In this document: piece by piece, positions 44,338 through 54,422 of the stretch
Numbering within the stretch: the first letter of the stretch is position 1
Layout of the letters: each line of letters opens with the position of its first letter
From: Acidobacteriota bacterium
GTDB taxonomy: Bacteria > Acidobacteriota > UBA6911 > RPQK01 > JAJDTT01
NCBI GenBank assembly: GCA_965263035.1
Contig: OZ253580.1
Location: 2,944,001 to 3,008,000 of the forward strand
Length of the DNA stretch: 64,000 nucleotides
Direction of reading: 5' to 3'
Notes under the pieces: generated by a model
What the model was told of the DNA's origin: nothing
Databases searched by the model: none
The model's input: the letters and a program-made list of their open reading frames with translations, nothing else
Program-made: the position numbers and the translations under genes

Positions 44338-47256
44338 GTGGGAGAGGTTGTCATCCGTCATGGTCCCGCCGCGGCCGACCGGTCGCGGCGGCTGCTTGAG
44401 GAGCGGCTTCGGGAGTCCCATGGCCGGGCGCCCGAGTTCCTCTATGTCACCGCCTCCCGCTGGCGCAAGCACCAGTTGGCGCGGACGTTTCTGAAGGCGA
44501 ACCCCCGCACCTTCGAAATCCCGATCCTCACGTTTCAGGACCTGATCGGCGCCCTCTTCCGGGAGCTCGGATCCGGCCGGAGAGTGGTCTCGGAGACCGG
44601 CAGGAGATGTCTGCTGGAGGCGGTCCTGGAGGCGCAGCTCCAGGCGCCCGGCGGGAACGGCGAAGAGCAACCGGTGTCCCTTTTCGAGGCCGAGGCGTGG
44701 GTGTCGATGCTCAAGGGCCGGGGCCTGACCAGCGAACCTCTGATTCGTCTTTATCTCCAGCGGGAGGACCGTGACCAGGAGGAAGCGAGCCGGCTGATCC
44801 GGATCTTCCTTGCCTACCAGGAAAAGCTGGAGGTGCAAGGTTGGGAAGACGCGGCGGGAGTTCGCATTCGTCTCTATGAGGCTCTATTGACCGGTTCCGT
44901 GGACTGCCGCAAACGTTTTCCCGGGCTCGGAGAGATCCTCTTCGAGGGGCTCATCGCCCGAACGCCGGTGGAGAGGGGACTCGTGCGCCTGCTGGCGGAT
45001 CAGGTCGAGGAGGCCGTTTTCTCGTTGGATCTGGAGTCGCCCGACGAAGAAACGCGCCCGTTCACGCTTCCGGTGTCCTCAGTAAGAGAATGCTGGGAGG
45101 GAACGAACCCCACCTGGTGTTTCCAAGCGGCGGCGGCGGCGCCCGCTCAAGTCCGCTTTTCCCGGCCGCCGCACCGTGAAGCCGAGATCCGGATGGTGGC
45201 CCAGGAAATTCAGGAGCTCAAGACTCGGGAGCCTCTACTCCGGTGGTCCCAGGTGGGTGTCGTCTGCCCCCGCGACGAGAGCTACCTGCTGCTCTTGAGG
45301 GAGGTCTTCTCCCGGCTGCACATCTCCTGGTTGAACCTGCATGGAGACTCCGTCCGGTCGACGAACGCCTTCAGAGTTCTGATCGGGTACGTCGAGCTGT
45401 TGTGGCGCGACTTCCGGCGGGACGACCTGTTCGACTTCCTCTCCTCGCCCTGGATCGATCCGGATGGTATCTCATCGGATCGGGTTCGGCTCCTGGAGCA
45501 GCTGGCCTGTCATGGAGGCTTCAGGGGCGGCGGAGAATCGTGGACCCAATCGTTCCCGGGATGGATCGAGCAAAAGCGGGCCGAGTCTCCCGAAGAACCG
45601 GGTTCGGTCCCGGAGGGCTGCGCAGAGGTTTTTCGGGATTTGATCCGGAAGCTCCAAGCCGATTCGGCGCGGCTCCGGAAGGCCGGGGAGTGGGTCTCCC
45701 TGTTGGCCGGCCGGTTGGGCCCGCTCCTTCGGGCGCCGGCCGGGCCGGGAAACTGGGGGCGGTCCGAGGGCCAGGCGCTGGCCCGGATCCAAGGGAGTCT
45801 CCAGGAGGCCGCCCTGCTCTGGGGAGATTGCCCTATCAGTCTCGCGCGCTTCCGCTCCTTGCTCCACCGGCAGATTTCCCGGATCCGAATTTCTCCCTCG
45901 CTGGACCGGGAAGCCGTCGTGGTTGGTGGCGCCCATCACTTGCAGGAGTGCGAGTTCCGGCATCTCTTCTGGCTCGATTTCTCAGAGGGGCGGATTCCTT
46001 CCCGGAGGAAGATGCCGGTTTCCGGAACCGGATCCCGGATGGCGGAGGAACTCTCGATTTTTCACGGAATCCGCTGCCGGAGTCGAGAAGCGGTGTTGCT
46101 GTCCTCGCCCCGGCACGCCGGCAACGGTCCGGTGTTGCCCAGCCATGTTCTGGAATACATGGACCACCGGGAAGAGGTCTGGCCCCACGTGGACGCACGG
46201 CTGGGGCCGGCGCAGGATTCGGCGAGAGACGAGCACGTCCGCCGGGGAGTCCGGGCGCTGTCCCTGAGGCGGTCGGGTCACCCCAGCGCCTTTGCCGGAA
46301 TCGTCACCCGACCCGAAGTCCTGGAGCGGATGCGCCGGCGCCACCATCCGGCCGGCGTGGATCTCTCTCCGACTCGATTGGAGGAGTATGGACGGTGTGG
46401 ATTCCGGTACTTCGTCCGTAGGATGCTCGGGGCCAAACCGCCGTCTCCGGCGGATACGGAACTGCTGCGGGAACAGCACCGGCTGGTTCGCAGGATGCTG
46501 TCCCGCTATTGTCAGGACGCCGCCGCGAGCCGCCCCCCGGATCTCGAAGACGGACGCCGTCGGATGGCGGGCATCGGCCGGGAAGAGCTGGAGCAACTGA
46601 GACAGACTTTGCCTGCAGTCGGCGGGCTGGTCTGGGAGCAGTTGCAAACTTGGCTCATGGATGGACTGGAAGACTCGAACCCGCCGGGGTTGCTGATGCG
46701 TTTCCTGGAGGAGGACCGGAAGCGGGAAGCCGACTCGGAGGTCCATGCCGTGGAGACCTCCCTGGGGCCCCTGGTTCTGGGCCGTCTTCCGCACGGCACC
46801 AGATCGGGTGACGGGCAGGCGCCGCCGGTTCGCCTGAAGGGTCTTCTGGACCGGATCGACCGGACTCCCGACGGTTTTCAGCTGGTGTCCTACGTGGCGG
46901 GACACCGGAATCGTCTGCGCCGGATCAAGGACGGCTGGGGTTTTCGCCTCCCGTTGTCCCTGCTTTTGGTGCAGTCCTTCGTGGGCAAGGCGGCGTCGGG
47001 AGGCTTCTACCATGTCGGTCTGCCCGGGTACCTGCAGTGGCGGCCATTGCGGAAACCGGGGAGCAGAGGGTCGGAGGCGAACCTGGAACAACTGATGGAT
47101 CGCTATCGGGAGGAGGCATTGCTGGCCGCCCGAAGGATTTATTCCGGAACCTTTCCCGTGACCACGCACAAGCCCGCGGCGGCCGGTTGCGCCCGCTGCG
47201 GCTACAGTCGAGTCTGCCGGCGGGAGGAGGCACAGGCCGGAGGGACGTACGTATGA
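44338..47256 (+). CDS. AddB/RexB-like subunit with degenerate PD-(D/E)XK nuclease domain
   Basis: Inactive helicase-like N-terminus; LSPTRLEEYGRCGFRYF, GLLDRID and CARCGYSRVC motifs. Confidence 0.8.
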   Translation: MGEVVIRHGPAAADRSRRLLEERLRESHGRAPEFLYVTASRWRKHQLARTFLKANPRTFEIPILTFQDLIGALFRELGSGRRVVSETGRRCLLEAVLEAQLQAPGGNGEEQPVSLFEAEAWVSMLKGRGLTSEPLIRLYLQREDRDQEEASRLIRIFLAYQEKLEVQGWEDAAGVRIRLYEALLTGSVDCRKRFPGLGEILFEGLIARTPVERGLVRLLADQVEEAVFSLDLESPDEETRPFTLPVSSVRECWEGTNPTWCFQAAAAAPAQVRFSRPPHREAEIRMVAQEIQELKTREPLLRWSQVGVVCPRDESYLLLLREVFSRLHISWLNLHGDSVRSTNAFRVLIGYVELLWRDFRRDDLFDFLSSPWIDPDGISSDRVRLLEQLACHGGFRGGGESWTQSFPGWIEQKRAESPEEPGSVPEGCAEVFRDLIRKLQADSARLRKAGEWVSLLAGRLGPLLRAPAGPGNWGRSEGQALARIQGSLQEAALLWGDCPISLARFRSLLHRQISRIRISPSLDREAVVVGGAHHLQECEFRHLFWLDFSEGRIPSRRKMPVSGTGSRMAEELSIFHGIRCRSREAVLLSSPRHAGNGPVLPSHVLEYMDHREEVWPHVDARLGPAQDSARDEHVRRGVRALSLRRSGHPSAFAGIVTRPEVLERMRRRHHPAGVDLSPTRLEEYGRCGFRYFVRRMLGAKPPSPADTELLREQHRLVRRMLSRYCQDAAASRPPDLEDGRRRMAGIGREELEQLRQTLPAVGGLVWEQLQTWLMDGLEDSNPPGLLMRFLEEDRKREADSEVHAVETSLGPLVLGRLPHGTRSGDGQAPPVRLKGLLDRIDRTPDGFQLVSYVAGHRNRLRRIKDGWGFRLPLSLLLVQSFVGKAASGGFYHVGLPGYLQWRPLRKPGSRGSEANLEQLMDRYREEALLAARRIYSGTFPVTTHKPAAAGCARCGYSRVCRREEAQAGGTYV

Positions 47257-50200
47257 CTCCGGCCGTCTCCGCATCCGTACCCCACAGTGCCGCCTCGAGC
47301 CCTTCCCGAAACCGGGAAGCCGACCCGGGGACGAGATACGACGAGTCCCAGCGCCAGGCTCTGGGCCTCTCCTCCCACATGGTGGTTTCCGCGGCGGCCG
47401 GATCCGGCAAGACGCGGGTTCTGGTGGGCCGCTACCTGCGGATCCTGGAGCGTTACGGGCACCAGCCTCACCAGATCGTCGCCATCACCTTCACGGAAGA
47501 AGCGGCTTCCCAAATGGCCGCGCGCATCCGGGAAGCGGTTCTGGCCAGACTTTCTTCAGCTTCGTCCTCAGAGACGAAACCTGCCTGGGAGCAGGCGCTG
47601 GAGGCCTTGGGAGACGCTCCCATCACCACCCTGCACGGCTTCTGCCTGAGGATTCTCAGGGAACACGGCAGCCGGATCGGCCTCGATCCCGGCTTCAGCG
47701 TCCTGAACGGAGGGGATCAGCGGCTGCTGCTGGATCGGTGTCTCCAGGAGCTGCTCGACTCCTGGTCTCGCACCCGGCTTCCCGCGTTCGCGACGCTGCT
47801 CGGATATCTGCGGTATCGGAGAATCGAAGGAGTCCTGACCGGGCTGGTCCAGAGACGGAATCACCTGACGGCGCGCTCGTCTCTTGACCAGACTGAGATC
47901 CTGCGCCGCCTCTATCGGCGGGAAACGGCTCACTTCCTGACGCGGTCGGATCTGTGGGGCCGGTTGCTGCGCCTCCTGGAGCGGGTGCCGAAACGGCTCT
48001 TGATCCGGAACGATTCCTTTGCCCGAAAGTGCGTCCGGCAGCGAGAGCTCTTCGGAATGCGCCCCACGCTGGACGAGATGGAGTTCCTGGCTCGATTCCA
48101 GGAATCTCTGGGCCTGGTGGCTCGGCCTTCCAAAGCCTGGACGGGCTGGGAACATCGGGCCGACCTGGTGCAGTGCTGGAAGGCTCTCAAAGTGGAATAT
48201 GGCCGTTATCCGCTGCAGGTCCCCCCATCCGATGAATCCGGTTTCGACGGCGACGCCCACTTCGAGAAGGCGACGCTGGCTCTGGAGGAACTGGCCGGAC
48301 TGGCGCTGGCTCGCTATCGGTCGGAGAAGGGACAGGACTCGCTGCTGGACTTCGAAGACCTCCTGGCACTGGCTCGTTCCTTGGTCCGTTTGCCGGAAGT
48401 TCGAAGGATATTGCGGAGCCGGCATCGATTTTTCCTGGTGGACGAATTTCAGGACACCAACCGCCTGCAGTGGGAGATCCTCAAGCCGCTGCTGGGTCCC
48501 GACTCGAATTTCTTCGCCGTCGGCGACGACAAGCAGTCCATCTACCGCTTCCGGGATGCGGACGTCTCGGTATTTCGAGCGGTTCGGAAGTGGGTCCGGA
48601 AGCGGGGACGCGTCGTCGAGCTGCGCCGGAACTACCGCTCGCATTCCAGCTTGGTCCGTTTCAGCAACCGGGTCTTTCGGAACCTGATGCAATCGGGGTT
48701 GGCCTATGAGGCGGTTCATCAGGAGATGACTCCCGTCCGGCAAGAGTCCGCCATGGCGGACCCGGGCGTCCGGGGACTGTTCTACGAGAAGCTGCCGCAA
48801 GGGTACGACTCCGAGGCCGAAGTGGCGGCGGAGGCGGCCAAGGGCTTGCTGTCGGAAGGGTTCGAGGCCCGAGAGATCGCGGTCCTGCTCCGGAATCGCA
48901 CCCGGCTTCAGGAATTCGAGAACGCGTTCTGCCGCTGGGGTCTGCCCTTTGCCGCCCGGGGGGGCAATCGGCTTCACGATCAACCCGAGATCGTGGACCT
49001 GGCGAATCTACTTGGCTTTCTGGATGATCCCGGAAGGGACCTGGAATTGCTGGGGGTCCTCCGGAGTCCCCTGTTCAGTTTCTCGGACGAGGATCTGCTG
49101 CTCCTTTCGTTGCAGGAGGGGTGCGGGATCTGGGAAAAGCTTCAGTCCGCGGAGTCTCCCGCGGAGGCCTTGCCCCGGCATTGGATCTTCGCGCGGGAGT
49201 CGTTGGGCGATTGGCTCCAGGTACCGTATTCGAGTTCGGCGGCAATCCTGGCCCAGGCGATAGCGGAGACCGGCTATGATGAGGTGATGGCGGCCGGCGG
49301 CCGGGGAGATCTGGCCCGGACCAGTATCCACCGGCTGCTGGAACTGGCCCGGAGATTCGAGATCGGCCATGGACCCTCCCGGCGTCCCTTTCTCCGCTAC
49401 CTGGAGGGGCTCCGCCGGCTCGGAGCCCACGAAGGGGGATTCGCGGAAGGCGGATCGGACCGGATTCGGGTCCACACCATCCACGGGGCCAAGGGCCTGC
49501 AATATCCGGCGGTCATTCTTCCCGATCTGGGCGCGCCGCTCCTGGCCGGGATGAACGATCCTTTCTTCGGCCTGAGGTTGGGGAGGGAAAAGGGCGGGTA
49601 TTGTTTCGGCCTCTCGATCCGAGATCCGCAGCGGGGGTACCAGGAATACCGGCATCCGCAGTACGAGATGTTGCGGCGGCTGGATCGGTATCGCCAGACG
49701 GCCGAGGAGAAACGGCTCCTCTACGTGGCCCTGACCCGGGCCCGCGAGAGGTTGGTCCTGATCGGGAGGAAGTCGGGGCGTCCATCCTACGCCCGCTGGT
49801 TGCAGGAAGCGGACGCAGAGACCTCCATGGCCCCGTTGACCCTCCGGCCTCTCGACCGCTCCCGCAAATCGGCCGGGCGGGACTCCGGGATAGACGAGCC
49901 TGTTGCCGCCGTCCCGTCTCCGATTCCCACCAAAGACGCGGGAGCGGCGGAACGGAGACGCCGTCCCGATTCGACCTCCGACGGTTGGAGCAAGACCACC
50001 TGGACACCGACCGAGATCGTCTCCTACTATCGATGCCCCCGGAGCTTCTTCCATTCCCGGGTGGAGGGACGGACGGAGACGCCGGCCTTGGGTTGGCGCG
50101 CGAGCCCGTCGGCGCTGGTGGGCTCGGCCGTGCACGAGCTGCTGGAGAATCCGGGCGCGCCGGGAAGTGAAGCGGAGATGGGACGTTTCCTGGACCGGTG

Positions 50201-50762
50201 GCGGGCGAGGCTTGACCCGGTCTACTCGGAGGTGGAGATTCGCCGGATGCGCCGCCGCATCGGGGAGAGCATCGAGGGTGTTCGGAAGAGCCGCCTCGCG
50301 GAGCGTCTCGCCTCCGCCCGGAGGGTCGTCAGTGAAAAGCGATTCCATCTGCTGGAGCAGGGGCGCCTGGTGACAGGGATCATCGACAAGCTCTTTCAGG
50401 AGAGAAACGGCCGCTGGGTGGTCGTGGACTTCAAGACGTCACCGTTGACCGCGCGTGACGGCGGCGAGGGGATCGTCAAGAGAAGTTATCGGCTTCAGGT
50501 GCAGCTTTATCTGTGGGCCGTGTCCCAGGTGCTGGACACCATGAATCTGGAGGGACACCTTTTGTTCACGGAGTCGGGCACTCTGGTTCCGGTGTCCTTC
50601 GACGCCGGCGTTTCGGCTCGATGCCGGGATCTGATCGGCGGTCTGCCCCGAACGCCGGGTCTGAACCAATTTCCCCGGACCCGGGTCTCCGAAACGTGTT
50701 CCGGATGCGGCTTCAAGACCGGGGGGGTGTGCCCGGGAGCGGCCGGCCCCGATCCGGATTGA
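47253..50762 (+). CDS. addA: AddA-like UvrD helicase-nuclease
   Basis: AAAGSGKT, ITFT, DEFQDT, VGDDKQSIYRFR, NYRS, TIHGAKGLQ, LYVALTRA and GIIDKL...VDFKT motifs. Confidence 0.9.
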   Translation: MTPAVSASVPHSAASSPSRNREADPGTRYDESQRQALGLSSHMVVSAAAGSGKTRVLVGRYLRILERYGHQPHQIVAITFTEEAASQMAARIREAVLARLSSASSSETKPAWEQALEALGDAPITTLHGFCLRILREHGSRIGLDPGFSVLNGGDQRLLLDRCLQELLDSWSRTRLPAFATLLGYLRYRRIEGVLTGLVQRRNHLTARSSLDQTEILRRLYRRETAHFLTRSDLWGRLLRLLERVPKRLLIRNDSFARKCVRQRELFGMRPTLDEMEFLARFQESLGLVARPSKAWTGWEHRADLVQCWKALKVEYGRYPLQVPPSDESGFDGDAHFEKATLALEELAGLALARYRSEKGQDSLLDFEDLLALARSLVRLPEVRRILRSRHRFFLVDEFQDTNRLQWEILKPLLGPDSNFFAVGDDKQSIYRFRDADVSVFRAVRKWVRKRGRVVELRRNYRSHSSLVRFSNRVFRNLMQSGLAYEAVHQEMTPVRQESAMADPGVRGLFYEKLPQGYDSEAEVAAEAAKGLLSEGFEAREIAVLLRNRTRLQEFENAFCRWGLPFAARGGNRLHDQPEIVDLANLLGFLDDPGRDLELLGVLRSPLFSFSDEDLLLLSLQEGCGIWEKLQSAESPAEALPRHWIFARESLGDWLQVPYSSSAAILAQAIAETGYDEVMAAGGRGDLARTSIHRLLELARRFEIGHGPSRRPFLRYLEGLRRLGAHEGGFAEGGSDRIRVHTIHGAKGLQYPAVILPDLGAPLLAGMNDPFFGLRLGREKGGYCFGLSIRDPQRGYQEYRHPQYEMLRRLDRYRQTAEEKRLLYVALTRARERLVLIGRKSGRPSYARWLQEADAETSMAPLTLRPLDRSRKSAGRDSGIDEPVAAVPSPIPTKDAGAAERRRRPDSTSDGWSKTTWTPTEIVSYYRCPRSFFHSRVEGRTETPALGWRASPSALVGSAVHELLENPGAPGSEAEMGRFLDRWRARLDPVYSEVEIRRMRRRIGESIEGVRKSRLAERLASARRVVSEKRFHLLEQGRLVTGIIDKLFQERNGRWVVVDFKTSPLTARDGGEGIVKRSYRLQVQLYLWAVSQVLDTMNLEGHLLFTESGTLVPVSFDAGVSARCRDLIGGLPRTPGLNQFPRTRVSETCSGCGFKTGGVCPGAAGPDPD

Positions 50763-50772
50763 AGAGCGAGCG

Positions 50773-52443
50773 GTGATGCAACGCGAACAGTTGGAGGTGG
50801 ACGTTCTCTTTGTCGGTGCGGGACCGGCTTGCTTGAGTGCGGCGTTCCACCTGTCGCGCCTGGTGAGCCGGCATGACCGTGAGGTGGAGGCAGGGGTCCG
50901 GCCGGGTCCTCCGCTGGGAGAGCAGCTTCTGCTGCTGGTGGAGAAGGGCAAGGAGATCGGATCCCATGCCCTGAGCGGCGCCATCGTGGACCCCAGGGCC
51001 TTTCGGGATCTGCTTCAGGATCTCCCCGGTACGGAACCGCCGCTGGACGCTCCGGTGATAAAAGAGGACGTCCTGTTCCTCACCAAAAGGAGGCATTTCC
51101 GGCTTCCCGTGATCCCGCCGCCGTTGCACAACGAAGGCAACCACGTGGCCTCGCTGGGAAAGCTGGTGAAGTGGCTGGCCGCCCTCTGCCAGGACCATGG
51201 GGTTGAGGTCTACCCCGAATTCCCGGCGGTCAAGCTGCTCCGGGACGGGAAACGTGTGGTGGGAGCCCGGATGGGGGACCGGGGAAGGGACGCCAAGGGG
51301 CAGCCCAGATCGCACTTCGAGCATGGGACCGACGTACTGGCCAAGATCACGGTCCTGGGCGAAGGTCCCAGAGGCACGTTGACCCGCCAGGCGGAAGAGC
51401 ATCTTGGACTGGACAGTGACAGTGGCCCGCAACTCTATTCGCTGGGCGTGAAGGAGGTGTGGCGGGTCCCGGGAATCGAGCCGGGACGGGTCTACCACAC
51501 CTTCGGCTACCCGACCGGAACCCGGGAGTTCGGGGGAGGTTTCATCTACACCCTGACGCGGGAGCAGCTCCATGTGGGTTTCGTCGTGGGGCTGGACTCG
51601 CGGGATCCGCGGGAAGATGCCCACCGGCTGTTGCAGGAATACAAACAACACCCCTTCGTGAGGCGCCTCCTTGCAGGAGGCCGGGTGGTCTCCTACGGCG
51701 CCAAGGCCATTCCGGAGGGGGGCTACCACTCCATGCCGCGGCTCTACGCCGACGGACTGCTCCTGGTGGGAGATTCGGCCGGTTTCCTCAACCCCGCGCG
51801 TCTGAAGGGGATCCACTTGGCCATCGAATCGGGAATGATGGCGGCCGAGGCGGCATTTGAGGCTCTGGTGGCGCGCGATTGTTCCGCCGCCCGGCTAAAG
51901 CGCTATGCCGATTTGTTCGAAGCCAGCGAGGCCAGGAAGGAGCTCCACTCAGCCCGCAACTTCCGGCAGTCCTTCCAGCGAGGTTTCTGGACCGGTCTTC
52001 TCTACAACGGCGTGCAGACTCTGACCGGCTTGGGCTGGGGAGGCGTCTGGAAGACCGTGCCGGGCCACGAGCGCATGGCCAAGATGGACGGTTCCGCGGC
52101 CACCGAAGAGGCGCCGTTTCCCGGGGACGGCGAGCTCACCTTCGACAAGCTCTCAGACGTCTACCTCTCGGACACGGCTCACGAAGAGGATCAGCCGAGC
52201 CACCTTGAGATCTTGGACCTGGAGATCTGTCGAGACCGGTGCCGGCAGGAATATGGCAACCCCTGCCAGCATTTCTGCCCGGCGGGTGTCTACGAGATGG
52301 TCCAGGAAGAGGATCGGCCCAGGCTCCAGGTCAACTTCACCAATTGCGTCCACTGCAAGACCTGCGACATCCTGGATCCCTACCAGGTGATCCTGTGGAC
52401 TCCCCCCGAAGGGGGCGGCGGACCCGACTACAAGAACATGTGA
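50773..52443 (+). CDS. Electron transfer flavoprotein:quinone oxidoreductase
   Basis: VGAGPA, LSGA, YGAKAIPEGG, KGIHLA and C-terminal CPAGVY...CVHCKTCDILDP motifs. Confidence 0.93.
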   Translation: MMQREQLEVDVLFVGAGPACLSAAFHLSRLVSRHDREVEAGVRPGPPLGEQLLLLVEKGKEIGSHALSGAIVDPRAFRDLLQDLPGTEPPLDAPVIKEDVLFLTKRRHFRLPVIPPPLHNEGNHVASLGKLVKWLAALCQDHGVEVYPEFPAVKLLRDGKRVVGARMGDRGRDAKGQPRSHFEHGTDVLAKITVLGEGPRGTLTRQAEEHLGLDSDSGPQLYSLGVKEVWRVPGIEPGRVYHTFGYPTGTREFGGGFIYTLTREQLHVGFVVGLDSRDPREDAHRLLQEYKQHPFVRRLLAGGRVVSYGAKAIPEGGYHSMPRLYADGLLLVGDSAGFLNPARLKGIHLAIESGMMAAEAAFEALVARDCSAARLKRYADLFEASEARKELHSARNFRQSFQRGFWTGLLYNGVQTLTGLGWGGVWKTVPGHERMAKMDGSAATEEAPFPGDGELTFDKLSDVYLSDTAHEEDQPSHLEILDLEICRDRCRQEYGNPCQHFCPAGVYEMVQEEDRPRLQVNFTNCVHCKTCDILDPYQVILWTPPEGGGGPDYKNM

Positions 52444-52455
52444 ATTCAGGATAAG

Positions 52456-52483
52456 GAGGAAAGAGGAAAGAGGAAAGAGGAAG
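52456..52483 (+). repeat. Heptamer tandem repeat (GAGGAAA)x3 + GAGGAAG
   Basis: Read directly from the sequence. Confidence 0.75.
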
Positions 52484-52527
52484 AAGGGAGCGCCTTGAAA
52501 AGCTCTTCAGTGGTCTCTGTCCTCTGG

Positions 52528-52565
52528 GAGTCTGCGCAGTAGATCAATTTCTGCGGCGCAGGCTC
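52528..52565. mobile_element. Internally deleted 38-bp derivative of MITE family B
   Basis: GAGTCTGCGC joined to AGTAGATCAATTTCTGCGGCGCAGGCTC; flanks CTGG and CTAG. Confidence 0.8.
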
Positions 52566-52569
52566 CTAG

Positions 52570-52678
52570 GAGGCTGTCCGAGAATAGACTATTTTCAAAA
52601 AGTATTGTTTGTAAACTATTGATTTATAAAGGGTTAAGTTTTCAAAAACTATGATTTTTCGAGTTCTCGGACAGCCTC
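52570..52678. mobile_element. MITE family C (109 bp, AT-rich core)
   Basis: Perfect 15-bp TIR GAGGCTGTCCGAGAA / TTCTCGGACAGCCTC, CTAG on both flanks, IHF-consensus match (AATCAATAGTTTA, minus strand). Confidence 0.82.
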
Positions 52679-52722
52679 CTAGCTATTGCTGTAGGTCGAC
52701 CATGTACAAGCCACTGCCGGAT

Positions 52723-54402
52723 TCACGCAACGGGGTCCCCACTCGCTATTTTCTTTCCTCTTTTCTCTTGCCTCAATTTCAGGGCGGCTTCGACGCCCAG
52801 CCAGAGCGAAAGCGCCAGGATGATTCCTCCCACGATCAGCAGCAGGTGCGCCCCGGAGGTCCAGAAATCGCGCAGCTTGAAGCACATGGCCACCAGTGTC
52901 GTGACGAGCATGAAAAGCATGGGGAGGGCCGTGTACCAGAACGGCCGCCTGCGGTGCATCAGGTACAGCGTCACTGTCAGCAGGGTGAGTCCCGCCATGA
53001 CCTGATTGGTGGTCCCGAACAGTTGCCAGAGCGCCAGGCCGGCAGCCTTCCCATCCACTCTGTAGAAGGCGAAGAATCCGATGGTGGCGACTGCCCCGAG
53101 AGACGCGACGTAACGGTTCGAGAGCATCCGGACTCCCAGGGTCTCGCCGATCTCGCTGATATTGAAGCGGAGCAACCGCGTGGCCGAGTCCAGGGTGGTG
53201 AGGGCGAAGGAGACGGCGATGAGGGCGACGAAGGCCTTGGACAGTTCCAGCGGGATGCCCAACTGGCTCATGAAGAGGGCGGCTCCGTCGATGAATGCCT
53301 TCATGTTGGGACCCAGCCCCTGGGCCATGTCCCAGGTCTGGTAATGGGCCATCCAGAGATCGCGCGTGAGGAAGCCGGCGGTGCAGGCCAGCACGGAGAC
53401 GAGTCCCAGCAGGGATTCTCCGATCATGCCTCCGTAGCCGATGAAGGTGGCGTCGGTTTCCCGGTCGATCTGCTTGGCGGTGGTTCCCGAAGAGACGAGC
53501 CCATGGAAGCCCGAGACGGCTCCGCAGGCGATGACGATGAAGACGAAGGGGAAGATGGGGGGAGCCCCGGGCGGATGAGTCTGAACGGCCGGAGCCGCGA
53601 ACTCGGGACCGAGCCAGAAGAACCCGGCGTAGATCAGGAACAATCCCAGGTACAGGAGCAGTGAGTTGATGTAGTCCCTGGGTTGCAGCAGGGACCAGAC
53701 CGGCAATACGGACGCGGCCAGACTGTAAGCCAGCAGGATCACGCTCCACTGCCCCAGGCTCAGATCGGGGCTGGGAAGCTCGACACCCATCCAGACGCTC
53801 AGGAGGGTGACGGCGAAGGCAACGGCGGTGGCCTTCTTGATGGACGCGTTCCGCTTGTACACCATCCAGCCCACGACCAGAGCGACCGCCATGAGGGTTC
53901 CGCTGGGGTAGACGGCCTGAGGGTTGTATTGAGTGGTCAGAAGTGTGGCCGAGACGTGGACGAAAACCCCCATGGCCAAGCCGATGAGGAAGAAGATGAT
54001 GATGTGGAAAAGGCTCTTGGCCCGGCGACCCACGATGTCCTCGGCCACCTTTCCCACCGACATGCCCTTGGCGCGCATGGAGATCACCAGCGCACTGAAG
54101 TCGTGGACGGCTCCGATGAACAGCGTTCCCAGGACCACCCAGAGCATGGCCGGGACCCATCCCCAAATCACGGCGATGGCGGGGCCCAACATGGGGGACA
54201 GGCCGGCGATGGAGGCGTAATGATGCCCGAACAGCACCCATCGGTTCGCCGGTACGTAATCCACTCCGTCGTTCAGCTCATGGGCGGGTGTGGTGGCGTT
54301 CGGGTCCAGCCGAAAAATCCGGCGGCCCAGATACTTGCCGTAGAACTTGAAGCCGATCAGATAGAGGCCGAAGCAAAGCAGGGCGGCGAGGATCGGGCTC
54401 AT
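52723..54402 (-). CDS. cstA: Carbon starvation protein A (peptide/pyruvate transporter family)
   Basis: TPAHELNDGVDYVP, FGHHYASIAG, LLQPRDYIN, IACGAVSGFH and TLDSATRL motifs. Confidence 0.93.
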   Translation of the reverse strand: MSPILAALLCFGLYLIGFKFYGKYLGRRIFRLDPNATTPAHELNDGVDYVPANRWVLFGHHYASIAGLSPMLGPAIAVIWGWVPAMLWVVLGTLFIGAVHDFSALVISMRAKGMSVGKVAEDIVGRRAKSLFHIIIFFLIGLAMGVFVHVSATLLTTQYNPQAVYPSGTLMAVALVVGWMVYKRNASIKKATAVAFAVTLLSVWMGVELPSPDLSLGQWSVILLAYSLAASVLPVWSLLQPRDYINSLLLYLGLFLIYAGFFWLGPEFAAPAVQTHPPGAPPIFPFVFIVIACGAVSGFHGLVSSGTTAKQIDRETDATFIGYGGMIGESLLGLVSVLACTAGFLTRDLWMAHYQTWDMAQGLGPNMKAFIDGAALFMSQLGIPLELSKAFVALIAVSFALTTLDSATRLLRFNISEIGETLGVRMLSNRYVASLGAVATIGFFAFYRVDGKAAGLALWQLFGTTNQVMAGLTLLTVTLYLMHRRRPFWYTALPMLFMLVTTLVAMCFKLRDFWTSGAHLLLIVGGIILALSLWLGVEAALKLRQEKRGKKIASGDPVA

Positions 54403-54422
54403 GGGAACGGTCTCCTGTGGGA

